NCBI GenBank assembly: GCA_016748015.1
Contig: JAAOMT010000617.1
Coordinates: 248,001-312,000 of the forward strand
Reading direction: 5' to 3'
From: Geosiphon pyriformis uo1
Taxonomy: Eukaryota > Fungi > Glomeromycota
Length of the DNA: 64,000 nt
Of this stretch, positions 1-13,700 are shown piece by piece; position 1 is the stretch's first letter; the number at the start of each line of letters is the position of its first letter. The notes under the pieces are model-generated. The model ran no database searches. It was not told where the DNA came from and saw only the letters and a list, made by a program, of their open reading frames with translations. The translations under genes and the position numbers were made by a program.

Positions 1-402
1 TATCTTTAGTTAAACAATAAAAAGTTCATTTCGATAACAATTAAATTAATATATTAAAGAGAGATAAGAGAAATAAACATAAATATATATTAGGAAAAAC
101 TGACTCTATTTTAAGTTTTAGGTCTTTTTTTGTTGATTAAAGCTTCTTGAAATTTACTTTATTTTTGATTTTGGGATTAGTTACCCATTATTAATAGTCA
201 ATACAACAGTGTTTTTATCATAAAAAAAGATGATCCAATAATTTTTCAATTTTACATTGGTCTCATATTCTTGATTCCTTAAAAAAAAATTTCTGGAACG
301 GTTCTAAAAACCTTTAGTTCTTTAAAGAAATACTTAATATTTGGGATAAATTTATTATTAAAGTCTATCGTGATGCAATATTACAGAATGAAGTTTTCGG
401 CA

Positions 403-1947
403 CTAATTTTCCTGTTGATCTTCCGACAATAAAGGTTCCCTTGAGGAGGAGCGTTCAAGCCTTGGATACTGAGGCCTAGAAATTCCAAGCCCCGTGATAA
501 TCATCCCTTCTTCGTTCGATGTCTGAATACCTGATGTTGGCTGGATAAAATCTTTAGGCTGGTCGGTTAAATAAGAATCAATAATTACCGTAGGAGTTGG
601 TATTTCAAAGTAATGTCCATTTTTCTGGCCTCTAGTGATATTGATTCCAAGGTTTAATTCTTCATAATCGGATAAATTTTCGAACTTAATTTTTGATATT
701 TCTGGTTGAATTTGTTCGCGTGTTGGTGGTTCTTCCTCTGGCAATGGCTCTGTTCTGATGTTGCGACGCGTAATGATATAAATTATTCCATGAATTAAAC
801 CTAATGAGGCAAATAAACAGGCTGTTATTGTGAGCCTGACACAAAAAAAGAGGGTGAAAATTTTTTAGAATGGCTGTCAGTTTTCTTTCAAGTGGAAAAA
901 AATTTAATTGTAAAACTTTTTTGCTTACAATGCATTTGGAATTGGTTTGTTTATTTTCTTTGACATCATTTGGGCTTTATCAGAAAAAGAAAGTGCGAGA
1001 AATGATTACCAACGAGTTAATTATAAAAAAGTCATTCAAAAAGGAAAATTCAATCAACTCACCAAATTTAATCGGCAAAAAAGCACATATAAAAGTCACC
1101 TGATAAAGAATCATTTGTTTGGTCCATTTTCGACGTAGACATTCCTGTTTTGTTGTCTTATCGGCGAGAATATTTTTAGTCCGTTGACCAAATAATAAAA
1201 TTATACAACTTGTACTGATAAAAAACATTATTAAAAAGAAAGTGATCCATAGAAAAGATTTGTGTATTTGATAAATGATTTCGTATTTTTCATTTAATGT
1301 ACACCATAGTGTATCCACGACATCGTAGAATGGTTTGAGGGGTTGTTGAATGAAAATACCGGCGATTGGAAAACAGAAGTTGATGAATGTTATTATCATT
1401 AATGATACTGAAGCATACCAATGTGAGTCGTAGGAATGGACTAGTGAAAGATATGTTTGCAGTGAAAGTGCGAGTACTGATAATGCTTTATTTAAAAATT
1501 TATTTTTAAAAAAAGAAAATTCTCATATTATTAATAGAGAAAAACCCTTTTTTTTCATTTTTTTTCATTTTTTCATTTTTTTATTTTTTTTGTTGTTGAT
1601 AAAAACAATTAAATTGAATTACCTGTCCCCATGATACCTATATTCATCAATACTCCTTGGAAATTACAAAATAAACCCATTTTAATCTCACCCTCCGATA
1701 TCCAGTAAAAACTTAAAATCAACGACAAACTTTGCCACCAATCCGACACTAAAAGTCCTACCAACAATCGATTTACCCTATAATTAGGATCCTTTCTTGC
1801 CAATGTCCATAAAATTGCAAATGTTGCAGCACCATTGCTTAAAATGCTTATTAAAGAAATTAAGAATGGCTGAAAAGTAAGTAAACGCTCGTTTGAAAGT
1901 TGGTGGGGTTGTTTCATACTAATGTTAATAGATCGTGCGTCTGCCAT
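403..1947 (-). CDS. Git3/cAMP-receptor-like 7TM G-protein-coupled receptor (4 exons)
   Basis: Exons 1947-1623, 1485-1063, 974-929 and ~835-403 join in frame through GT-AG introns. Hydrophobic helices; motifs LLVSDWWQSLS, FCNFQG, WC, MILYQVTFICAFLP, LFASLGLIHGIIYIITRR; polar C-tail. Confidence 0.8.
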
Positions 1948-4082
1948 TCTCTTAGGGTTGATGGTTTTTCACAACCAATTAAGGTAGAAATAGAATTAGA
2001 AAAAAATTGAAGAGAAAACAACAAAAAAATTTGAAATCGAATTGTTTTTTTCATCTTTTCATTCGTTGTCAATTTATATATCATCATAAAAAGTTGCAGA
2101 CATTTGCATTAATCATTCATAATTTCTATTGATTTAATCAAGGGGTGAACTGAAGATTATACTTATGATGATCATTGTAAACATTGTTCAACGAGTTGTG
2201 ACCCTGTTTCGAGGACAATTCTGAAACAGTATGGCATATCATAAGAGGAGCATAAAATTTTTTTAATAATGTGATGAATTATTCTTTTTATTTAAGGCTC
2301 TATGAGCCTTTTTGTTTCTTTATTCAAAAATTGAGGGTTCAAAAAAAAAAAAAAAGAAAATTTTTGTAATTTTGAAAAGATACTATAGTTGCCAAAAGCT
2401 TTTTTATTCAGCCACTGAATCACAATTGTTATCATATTTTTAAAATTATTTTTTATTTCAAATTTTAATTTTTCCGTCAATCGCTAGAAAGGTTTCATGG
2501 AAAAAGTTCACCAAAATCTGTTAGAGGGCTTTTTACTTATTACTATGATCATTCATAATTATTAAGGATTTTTAACTTTAATTATTTTAAATTAAAAGCA
2601 GAATGAATGAATGAATGAATGAGTAATTTCTCGAAAAGAAAAGAAAAAAAAAAAAAAAACTTTTTAGTATCTTCTATAAACTTTACTTGTAAACTTTTTT
2701 CAATTCTTAATGTTCTAAGGAATTCTTTATAGTCGAAGCAAAAAATTGTCTTCGAAATTTGCTTATCTTTGATTTGAAAAATGATTACTTTTTCACTCAA
2801 TTCGTAAAAGATTCTCACAATTTTATATTTTTAGAAAGAATAAATTTAGATTTAAATTATATTTAAAACATAATGATCAACTACTGTTTTGCTTTTTAAC
2901 ATATATTTGTTTTATTTCTTTTTGATCACTATACTTTATTTGAATTGACAAAACGGAATAACAGTGAAAAAAATATAAATAAACTAAGACAATAGACAAA
3001 GACCATAGAAATTTCTATAAATTATTAGGAGAGAAGGGGGAGGGGGGTAGAGATTTTATGTGCACCTTACCCAGTTAACAATTTAATAATATAGACAGAT
3101 TTGGGTAATTTATAATTTGTGGAAATTACTTACAGATGATACTTTTAAAGAATTGAGCAACAGTACCGAGAATGAAAACGGTTTAATGAAATCTAATTTT
3201 TCCTTTTAATTTATATGACATGCTTTTTAATTCACTATTAAATTTATTTTTAAGAAAAAAAACCCCCAAATTATGTATCTCATTAATTTCTTTTTCTTTT
3301 TTTTGTTTCCTTTCATGCTTAAAAATAAAAAGCTTTTTCAGAACGTTTAGACTTCATATATTTATGCTTTCATTTACTTGTCTCATAATAATAATAATAT
3401 AATTTTTACATTTTTAATAAAACCATATTAAAACTAAATTTCAAATTATCTTATTTGAACATATGATATATATTCAAATTCATTTTTGGCATTATTCATA
3501 GTTGATATAATTAATTCTCTGTCAAACAGCAGTTTTCCATTTTTCTATTTACATTAACCTGATCAAATATAACCAACAAAGATACAATCTCTTCTTAATT
3601 AAAAAAATTTCAAAGATGAATGATAGAATAATGAGAATTCAGTTTTAATTGTTTTAAAGGTAAAAAAAAAATTTAAATTTAAAATATCTATTTTAATCAA
3701 CTGGCTCTTTAGTTATTAGATTTCAAGTTTTGAATTCACTTTTGTAAAAAATGAATTTTGTGGTCGTTTGGTTGGGATTTAAGCTTAATAAAAAAGAATT
3801 CTTTGAAATTTCTTTAACCGTTTCATTCCTGATTTTAAATTTAGATTTTTTTTTTTTTTTTGAAGGTTATCTGTTTTGAATAATATCTCCTACCAAGAAT
3901 TCTTTTTGAAAAAGATCTTCAGAAAGCTTTATCTAAAAACAATAATGTAAAACTATTTTCGTCTTTTTCTTATCTTTTTAACAAAGTTTTAAAATTTCAT
4001 TTACATGAACAATTTCCTAAAATTGAAAGAGAAATCTAAAATTTTCATTTTTTGCATTACAATTCATAAGCATTGAATCAAA

Positions 4083-4106
4083 TGTATGTATGTATGTATG
4101 TATGTA
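4083..4106. repeat. (TGTA)n microsatellite
   Basis: About 6 perfect 4-bp units. Confidence 0.9.
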
Positions 4107-5168
4107 ATGATGGAAATTAAGAAAAACTTCATTGATTCCCCTATATGATTCTACAAAATTTGATGCAGGTTGAATATTTTTGAGAATGTTCCATGCTTTT
4201 TGTTTCGATCAACATTTTTTTAGTGTATCAGTGAATTTTTCTCTATCAAAACACACACACATCCCTCCCCCGATAAGTTTTTTACTATCCCAAAAATTAA
4301 AAATAATGAAAGAAAAACATGTATATATATATATATATATGCTAACTAAATTTACAGGTAAAAAATTGCGAGATTGGAAAATCTTTTTTTAAAAAAGAAA
4401 AAAAAAAGTTATGATCCCACAATTCACATCCCAGTCCACCAATCAGATTTCTTTCCTCTTTCTTACCCCCTTTTTTCCGGATTTTCTTTATAATGAAAGT
4501 TGAAAATCCTGACTTTTGAAATTTGCGACTCATTTGACTCTTTCATCAAATTAGTTTTTTCGTGAATATGTTAGGTAGATTGACAAAACTGGTTACCTTC
4601 CAAGATCAAGGCGTTAAAAAATTATATAAACATGTTCTTGACCCGTTGGGTAACTACATTTATCTTTTTAAATTTCTTATGATATACAGGAAAAAAAAAC
4701 CTCGACTTATTGAATTTTAATTGGTTATGTAATTTAAATATCAAATTAGACATTTCCTCCATTAGTAAAACGAGCTTTGACTTTAGCAAATATTTGGCAT
4801 CTCAATTGTTCCACAAATATTAACTATGCATATCTCGCTCGCTTTTTGAACAGACATCCATTCAAAGTGAACAAGCCTTTTAAGCATTTCTTCAAGTACG
4901 CGCGGACTGAAAACAGCGAAAATAACATGTGTTACGGCCGACATGATCACATGCTAATAATATTGTTAAAAATCGGTTATTACATATGCCAAATAGGATC
5001 AAATTTTTTACTTTAACTCAATATAGAGATGCAGCGAATTTAAAAATATAAATATCAGTTTTTCCCAAGAGCAAAGTAAAGTTTCTCATCAACCTTCTTT
5101 TAAATCCAGATACTATTTATTAGTGTCTGATTTAAAGGATAAAATTTTTTCGATTTATTATTTCCAAT

Positions 5169-5993
5169 ATGAAATCATTGTTTCTTTGTTTATCCCTTAT
5201 TTCTTCATCCACCTTCTTAATCTCGAAAAGCTATGCGTGGGGAAGTGAGGGTCACGTCACAATTGGAAACATAGCCCAAAACATTCTCACGCCAGACGTA
5301 GCAATTCAGGTGAAAAATCTCTTGCAGGACAAGGGCTTCGACGGACTATTAGGGCCGGCTTCACTATGGGCAGATAGAGTCAAACACGAAAAAAATGGCG
5401 AATTCGCTGGCTGGAGTGCACCATTACATTATATGGATACTCACGATGAACCTGGAAAGGGTTGTGCTGTTAATCAGGTAAAAAATAACTCTTTGGGTAG
5501 CTCAATCTTGAATTTTACCATCAATTTTTTGACAAATTTGTATGAATTTCATATCTTTACCTTTAGAAAGCTGATTGTCCCGAAGGTCAATGTATTGTTG
5601 GTGGTAAGTAGTATTATATTAGAAAATTCAAAAGAATGAATTCATCTGAAAGTTTACCTTGAAATCATTTTATTGATATTAATACGGTAAATCTTAACAT
5701 TTTTGAAAATTTGAAGCAATTGCCAACTACACGACGCAATTGGACTGTGCTAACGGAGGAAGTCTTCGTACCCGTGATATTGCTCTACGATTCTTGGCTC
5801 ATTTCTTTGGGGATATTACTCAACGTTTGTATTAATTTAAAATAATTCTTTTGATATTGAAAAGTAAATTGAATTGATCATGAGGCTTTACCTCCTTGAT
5901 AATAATTCACAGCCCTTCATGTATGCGGTCGGGAAGTGGGTGGGAATAAACATGAAGTCAAATTCAATGGAGGAAAGAAAAAGTATGTATTGA

Positions 5994-6047
<54 letters not shown>

Positions 6048-6768
6048 TTTAATGATGATCCTTTTGCTCATTCATCTTTTTCCAAAATTGATTCCATTTT
6101 ACAGCCTCCACTCGGTTTGGGATACTGGATTGGTGGTAAAACGTCTCGCAGATTTCGAAAATAGTGAAGATAAATATGCTGAATTTCTCACCAACGAGGT
6201 TTTAAAAGGTTCTTTTACGAGTAACTCATCAGATTGGATCGCGTGTGATGGACGTTCAGCGCGTCGTCGACGTGGTCTCGATGGATTGATACAAAAACGT
6301 GCTGAATCCACAACCCGATGCCCATTCATCTGGGCCACAGATACCAATGGGATTAATTGTGAAGTTGTCTGGGAATATGTGGATGCCAATCCCGATGCTG
6401 ATTTAGGTAAAATAAAACTGGAAAATTTTTAATCGATTTCAAATTTTTTTTGTTCATCCGAATGACGCTAACTATTTCAATTTTTTTTTTCGGTAGCTGG
6501 AGAATATTATAAATTGGTAAAGCCTTATATCGATGTACAAATTGCTAAAGGTGGATATCGTCTCGGAACTTTTTTAAATAATATTTTAGGCGGTAATAAC
6601 AAGACGTGTTCAAACGATCAGACTGATGGTGGCAAAAATAATCCCAGTGATAGTAGCGATGACAACAATAACACTCCAACCCCAAAACGAGGGAAAAAGA
6701 AGGGTGATAAAAAGAAAAAGGGTAGAAAAAGTAGCAGTAAAAATTCGTTACAGGTTAACGATATTTAA
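5169..6768 (+). CDS. Secreted S1/P1 nuclease (about 6 exons)
   Basis: Signal peptide followed by mature N-terminus WGSEGH. Motifs WADRVK, PLHYMD, FLAHFFGDITQP-LH, GGN, LHSVWD, QIAKGGYRLG. GT-AG introns. Confidence 0.95.
5994..6045. repeat. (ATT)n microsatellite in nuclease intron
   Basis: About 17 ATT units, one interruption. Confidence 0.9.
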
Positions 6769-8084
6769 TGTTAATTATGAAGAATCTTCTTTGAAATTAT
6801 CTGAAAATTCTTTTATCCGAAAATATAGTGTATTTTATCTTTGAGACTGTATTAAGTTTGTGCTTTAATACGACTACTAATAAAGAACAGATAAAGTTTT
6901 GAATATTTGAATTATGATATTTTATAAGGTTCAAGTGAAGAATTTTGTCAACTATTTTTTTTTAATCTTGTTTTCATTACTATTTGCGAATTTGGATCGA
7001 GTCTGCTCAATATAAAACACTAAATTTTAAAAATACAAGTCGAAACCAAACGCGTAAATTTGATAAGCCTTTTAGCGGGGGGTCTACAAATAATAATAAT
7101 AATATTATTATTATTATTAATAAATTGCATCAGAATGTAATCATTAGAAAATTTAAAGTTGAAGTTAAAAATCCCTGTGATAACTTTACCCAACTAAATA
7201 CAATAATTGATTAATGAACCATTATAATGTAAGAATGTGCAATTTTTTTTTAGTCTATAGAAAATTTTCATATTGTTTCCTTTATGTCTTTTGTGAAATA
7301 AATGATTAAAAAATAAGAGTAGAAATATTTAGAGTTCCCGAAATGAAAGAAAAATATTTATGTTTTCTTTTCTATCAATTCTATCACGGAGAAAAAAAAC
7401 AAAGTAAAAAGTACCGCCCAAGTAACTTTTCATTTTTCCGAATTTTCCGAATTTTCTGTTTTTTTTTGTTTGTGACATATCACGTCAAATATAATTTTTC
7501 ATGAGAGCTTCTTTCGAATCGATATAAAAATTACTCTCATCATTGTTTATTTGTATCTCGTAAAAATTTAAAGGAGATAAAGTTTAGTTTTAAAAGAGAA
7601 TATACAAGTTATTTCCTTTGATCATTGGCTCCTCTGGATGGTTGAATGCTACAACTACAGATTTATTTATTTCTAATTATGCTTTATATTCAAAAAAAAT
7701 GATATTAAGCACGCAATCAATTCGATTAATTTCTTATAAAAACCATTCTTACTAATCTAATCGTGTCATTATCCTTGTCAATTGAAAATAGAGATCTCTT
7801 CGCTTTTTTTTATCCTTCTATAGTGTATCGTTTTGGCGATTAATAAATTAGCCAAATCTAGTCATTGAGAATCTTATTGCAAAATCAATCCTCTGATTTT
7901 TTTATTTGGATAGCCGCATTATTTCAATACTTTTTATCAGCTAAAGACTGACCAGTCTTTTATAACGCGTCCAAAAGGAGAGATAATAAAGGATATATTG
8001 GTAAAAATAATCTACACGCTGAAATAAATTTGCAGCTGATATTCACACCTATAATGAGAAGTCTTGGGGGAATTATTCCTCTTT

Positions 8085-9701
8085 CTATTCCGCCGAATGA
8101 CTCTGTTGTTTTTTGGTTAAATGAGTTGGTACTCTTGGGAAATTACGGCGACTTAGTAATATTCCTTTTAAACCTCTGACCTCACTCTTGATTTGGGTCA
8201 CTGAAGAATTTCGATCATGAGAAGTTTTTGACAGATAAGAATTGAACTCGGCCAATGTGCTAAGCAGTTCAGAAATTAAAATTGGCTCGACTTTTTCTTT
8301 TGCGAATAAATCTAGATGTTGTAAAATTTCCTTTATTGTATTGTTAACGGGCAAGAGTGGTTCATATGGCATGGAGGTGATTGAATGAGTAGCTGAGGAG
8401 CTATCATCGTCGACCGGGATTTGCGTTGATTCGGTAGCACGATTAAAAAACCGAAATGAATCGAGCCTCTCATTCAATTTTTTCATCAAGTTTAATTGAT
8501 GCCCATATAATTCTCGCTGAGCCGAAATTATCAACTGAGTCGTAGGTATTATATATTTCTATAAACAAAGGCGTATTTTAGGTAACAAGAAGGCGTTTAA
8601 TGAAACAATGCTATTTGGTAGGCTGAAGGTACCTTGATAGCAGCCATTAATGCTGCTGTTAAGGAGCCGGTTAGGAGAAAGGCGACGAACAACTTTTTCC
8701 AGGCTTCATTTCTGGAAAGAGGTTGCCAAAAACTTTGTGCCACTCGATTTGGAGAATGGTGGGCAACTGGGACAAACTCCTCAAGAGCATAGGTACGAGG
8801 AGGCAGGCTTGGTGGGACTAAAGTTGGGTTTAATTCAGTTAATGTCGAGGGTAAAATATTGGTGCTTGAGGATTCCTACACAATAATATTTCAACCATTA
8901 CAATGAATAGCCGCAGAAAATTTAAAACCATTTCTGGACGTATATATAACTCACGCCTTTCATAGACCTATCCATTGCGATTTCAATTTCCTTCTCTGTC
9001 AACCCTTTTTGCTTTAAAAATTGAAGTTTTTTCGATATGCTCGCTTGGGTGGTTCGGTCAGCGAGAAAATTAGTTGCCGATGAAATCAAAACCTCTCGGT
9101 TGTTATCAATAAGATTGTCTGATTGTTCTTTACCCGAAGGAACTGGTCTCTCAGCAAAAGTTGAAGGGTTTTTGCTTGTTAAAGAAGGTGATTGTCTTTT
9201 ATTAATTTCATGTGCACGTCCATGAGCTTCACGTTGCTTTATTACTAGCTCTTTGTGCTTCCGCTCACGATCTTCCGCTGTCATTTTCGGGTGTCCTAGA
9301 AGCTCACGAACAGGATCTTGAACAGGTTCCGGTTCCACTTCAGACTTTGCTTCTAGGCTCACTGGCAATATTCCTTCATTGGGAAGTTCTGTTAGGGACT
9401 TGGCCTGGATCGGATCCTCACTTTTTACTGGGCATGTTTGTAATGTTACTGCATTTTTCTCTTGTGCTGACTTTATAGTAACTATCTTCGAGTTTTCCCC
9501 AGCTTTTTCAGAGACTTCTTCACTGGGTAATTGCAGTGGTGTTTCTGTTCTGACTTCTATGTTTTTTGTTTCTTCTATTTCAGAAAACGTTTCACTGGGT
9601 TGTTGTGGTGGTTTTGCTTCTATTACGCTTTCTTTGACTTGTTTGGGCAAAATTGTTTCGTCAACACCCAGTTTTACTTCTCTCGAGCCTTCGTCTGACA
9701 T
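8085..9701 (-). CDS. PEX14: Peroxin PEX14 / PEX14-17(PEX33)-like with N-terminal extension (3 exons)
   Basis: Pex14_N domain REVLISSATNFLAD...KKLQFLKQKGLTEKEIEIAM. Exon 2 (~8875-8633) has PPSLPPR and TM WKKLFVAFLLTGSLTAALMAAIK-KYIIP. C-terminal KSEVRGLKGILLSRRNFP. Confidence 0.85.
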
Positions 9702-10019
9702 GACTACGATTGTCTCTTGGTCAACCTTAGAAGCGGTGAATTAAATTCCAAATTGGCGCTATAGTTCTCTTATCTAGGATGGTTTATGTCATAATGAGCT
9801 AGCAGTCACAAAAAAATTATCTTAGTCGTTATCTATATTTAAATATGAAAAATCATGTGAGCACAATATTACAGAAAAGATGAAAACTTAAAAAATGTCA
9901 ATTTTTAAATAAACTATATGTAAAAATATAAAGTTTCATATAAGAATTTTTTGGAAATTGAAACAACGGTAGGTGCAGACCGCTAGTCAAAGGACAATAA
10001 AATTTATTCGATAATTCTT

Positions 10020-13000
10020 GTTGAAGAGAGTGTGGTCGACAAATAGTAGCGCTTTAGCTTTTATATTATTATATGTCCACATCTTTCAATCTGTTTTATT
10101 ATCTAAGCATCTACAATTTTTTACATACATTTTCATTATTTTTCACACTTTTAGTTATAATTTATACAATATTTATTATTATATAAACACCAAATTTTAA
10201 TTTTCCATTTTTGTTATTAGATTAATAATTATTTAATAAAATTATTATAGTTTTTTAATAAATTATATAAAAAAGTAATAATTAATATAAAAATTAAAAA
10301 TATTTAAAACAAAATTAATAATCATATATTAAAATAAAAATAAAATATCATTATATTAATTTTATTTTTTAAATAATAATTTTGTTAAAAATAAATAATA
10401 TATAAATTAGATTAATAACAAATTTTTTTATTATTGTTTTTATAGTTTTTACAAGCAAAATTTTTTATAAAAAAAGCAAAAAATACATTTAATCTTAAAT
10501 TTAAAAAAAGTTTTTATTAAAAAATTTGATTTATAACTGAATTTATTATAAATTTTTACTATTTATTATTTTAATTAAAAATGTAATTAATTTCTGAAAT
10601 TTGTTTTTTAAGTTATAATAAATAATTAATGTATTAAAAAATTTTATCTATTTTAATAATATTAATATAAATAAAATGTAAAAATTTAAAATATTTTATT
10701 TATATTATTATTAAAATAAATAATATACAATAAATTAAAATAAAAAAACTTCTTTTTTCTGTTTATTCCAAATTCATTAAAAAATTAATAATGAAAGTGA
10801 AGTTTTTTTTAGTTTTATTTTTTTACTATTGTTTTATCACAATTTTACAAAAAACCAATCTTTTTATAATAAATTTGGTAGTTGTTTCTAATAATAATAT
10901 GTTAAAAAAATACTTAAAAGAGTATTTTATGGTCTAACAAGTGGTTTTTTCTTTCAAAAAAAAGTGTTTCAATTAATAATATTAAACACTTTAATAATAA
11001 AAAAGATGTTTTTTTGAACAAATTTTTATCTAATTTTAATATGTTTTTGAATAAAAATAATAAATTTAGTAATAGTAATAACAGTATTTTTTTAATTAGT
11101 AATAGCTTCAAATTTAATAATGCTAATAAAACTTTTAAACAAAAAAAATTAATATTAATATAATAAATAATGTACTTTTTGGCTCTTTTAACTTTAATAT
11201 AAATAAAAATGCAGAGTTTTTTTCTCTATTTTTTTTTAAACTCAATATAAATGTATTTATTAAGAAATTTTTATTTTAAACATTAATTTTTTAGTTATTA
11301 AAAAAAATTTATCTTAGAACAAATTAAAATTAAATAAAAATTTTTTTTAAATATAAATAATTAAAAGAGCTTTTACCTTTTTAAAATTTAGTAAAATTAT
11401 TTATACAACTTTTATATTAAAAAAAACTGTATTTAGGACATCAAATTTGGCAAAAAACAATAAAATAGATATAAATATCAATCTTAAAAAATCTATAAAT
11501 AATTAATTAAATAGTAATAATTAAAAAAATTTTAATAAAAATATTTAAAATAACTCTATATATTGTGTTACCTAAATTTAAAAAAATTAAGTCAATTAAA
11601 ATACAATTAATTAAATTGTGACAAAAGACATTAGTTAAATATGTTGATCATAATTAAGCTAAACTTTTGGTTTTTAAATAGTTTATTTTAATTAGAAAAA
11701 ATACAATCAGAATAATCAGAACTAATATTAACAAAATATCATAAAATTTTAAAGATATGTATATGGTTTTGTTTTATACTTTGTCAATAAAAATAATAAC
11801 ACATAATTTGTAAGATTTTATAAGTTTTATTAATAAAAAAACCTGTATAATTAATTATTATTTTGTTTCATATATATAAACTAAATATATAACTATTTGT
11901 TTTAATTTTAAAAATAGTATAATATCTGTTTTAGTTTTTATTTTGGTTTTTAAATATTTTTATCTAAAATAAACAAAGTTAAGTTTATTTTTTTGCTTCA
12001 TATATAAAAATTTTAATCTTGCTTTTTTTGTATATTTTTTTAGTATATTCTTAGTTTCTAAAATTAAGTTCAATTTTTGTTTATTAAAATTAAATAAATA
12101 CAGACTTATGATTATGTCAAAAAAGCAGCTTAATTGCTCATTTAATTTTTTTTGATAAGTTATTTTGGGCTTAAATTATTAATTATAATAATTCTGATTT
12201 TTTTTCTAAATTTTTGTTTTATAGTGCTATTTTTTTGGTCTAATATTTGTTTTTTTTGTCTGTTTTTATTTTAGATGTTTATTTAAATACTTTTTAAAAT
12301 TTCTGTCTAATTAAATTTTTATGGTTTTTGTTAAATTAAAGTTAATCTTGGCAAATTTTTTGGATTTCTTAATTTTTGTGTTTACTAATAATTATATTAA
12401 TTGTAATTACTTTTAATAAAAATATAAATGTTTTAAATTCATTTTTTTTCTCTTTTTTTAATATTATAAATGGTTTTCTTACTTTTAAGTTTTAATAGTT
12501 ATAAAATTTTTACTGTCAAAATTAATGATTTAAAAACCAAAATATTAATATTAAAAATTTTAATTAATACTATTTTAATTAGATTAAATTTTTTGGTTTT
12601 TGATTTTGATTTTTTTTATTTTAGTTTCTTAATAATTAATCTTATTTAAAAAATAAAGTATGGTATTTAAGTTTACACTTCTGGTTTAAATTTTAGTTAC
12701 TTAGGTTCTAAAGTTATAATTATTATAAATAATGTTTTGGCTAAATATATATACAAAGTTTTAAAATTGCTAATTAGTTTTTGTTAATTAAATTGCTTTT
12801 TAAGAACAAATTTTTGATTTTAATTTTAGAATTATATGCTAATACTACTTTAATAACATGTTTAATTTAAGCTAAAAAAATTAATTTATTAATTGCTAAA
12901 ACTATAAATAAATTTTTATTTATGATTTTAAATAATAATTTCAATAAAAATAATTCTTAAAAATATATTAGTTTTAAAAAATATTTTAATTTAAATTTAG

Positions 13001-13700
13001 TTAATTTTTTAATAAAAAGTTTATTTGTTAAGACTATTATATAAAATAATTTTAAAAGTATTAAAAAAATAATTAATTATATATTTATTTTTACTGATTT
13101 TATCAATACAATAATTAGTTAGAAAGTTTTAGAAGTTAAAAAGTATTTTTAATATTGATTATTAAACTGTTTCTGTTTATGTTAATTTAAATAGTCTATT
13201 AAATATACAATTAAGTTTTTTTTATAAATAAATTAACAAAAATTAATAGAAGTTTAATATTAAAAATATTAATAATTCTAAGTAAACTTGGTTTAAGAAT
13301 GCTATATTGGTTAATATTGCAATATATTTTAATATATTTGTTGTTTTAAAAAAGTTTTTAGATTTAAATATAATATAAATTATTATTTAAAAGATTATAT
13401 ATATCTTAACTAATAAAATTTTTATCAAGATTTTTTCTAGGTTTTAAAAATAAAAATTTTAGTGTTTAAGATTATTAAAATATTATGTACAGAGCTAAGT
13501 AATAAAATTGTTTTTTTAATATGTTGTTGAATATTTTTTTATAATATTAAAGCTTTAAATATTCAGGTTTTGTTTAATTTGAATACTAATTATAATAATA
13601 TTAGATTTATTTTATCTAATATAAAGAAGTTTTATTATGTATTTAAGTTTGTTAATTTCAAAAAACCAAAAAATTAAAAATTAAGTTTGTTTTACCAAAT
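10020..13700 (+). mobile_element. Degenerate non-LTR retrotransposon (LINE): ORF1 plus APE endonuclease; RT half missing
   Basis: Reverting A>G/T>C recovers ORF1-like text (KFKKIKSIKIQLIKL*QKTLVKY at ~11575, from EFGEIKSIKIQLIGLWQKALVE). APE motifs: ILNNNFN (=ILGGDFN, ~12925), IINYIF (=TIDYIF, ~13070), IDY (=TDH, ~13155). Many stops; almost no CpG. Confidence 0.75.

Noticed and set aside
2292-5016. Short F/K/I-rich ORFs in intergenic DNA
   Set aside because: Compositional artefacts of A/T runs; no motifs or splice support.
7988-7997. ATATCCTTT U12 donor-like motif on the minus strand
   Set aside because: Outside the CDS with no matching branch point/AC identified; expected by chance in AT-rich DNA.
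9037-9744. Plus-strand ORFs over PEX14 (also 6099-6389, 21407-21798, 29704-29997)
   Set aside because: Antisense shadows of well-supported genes.
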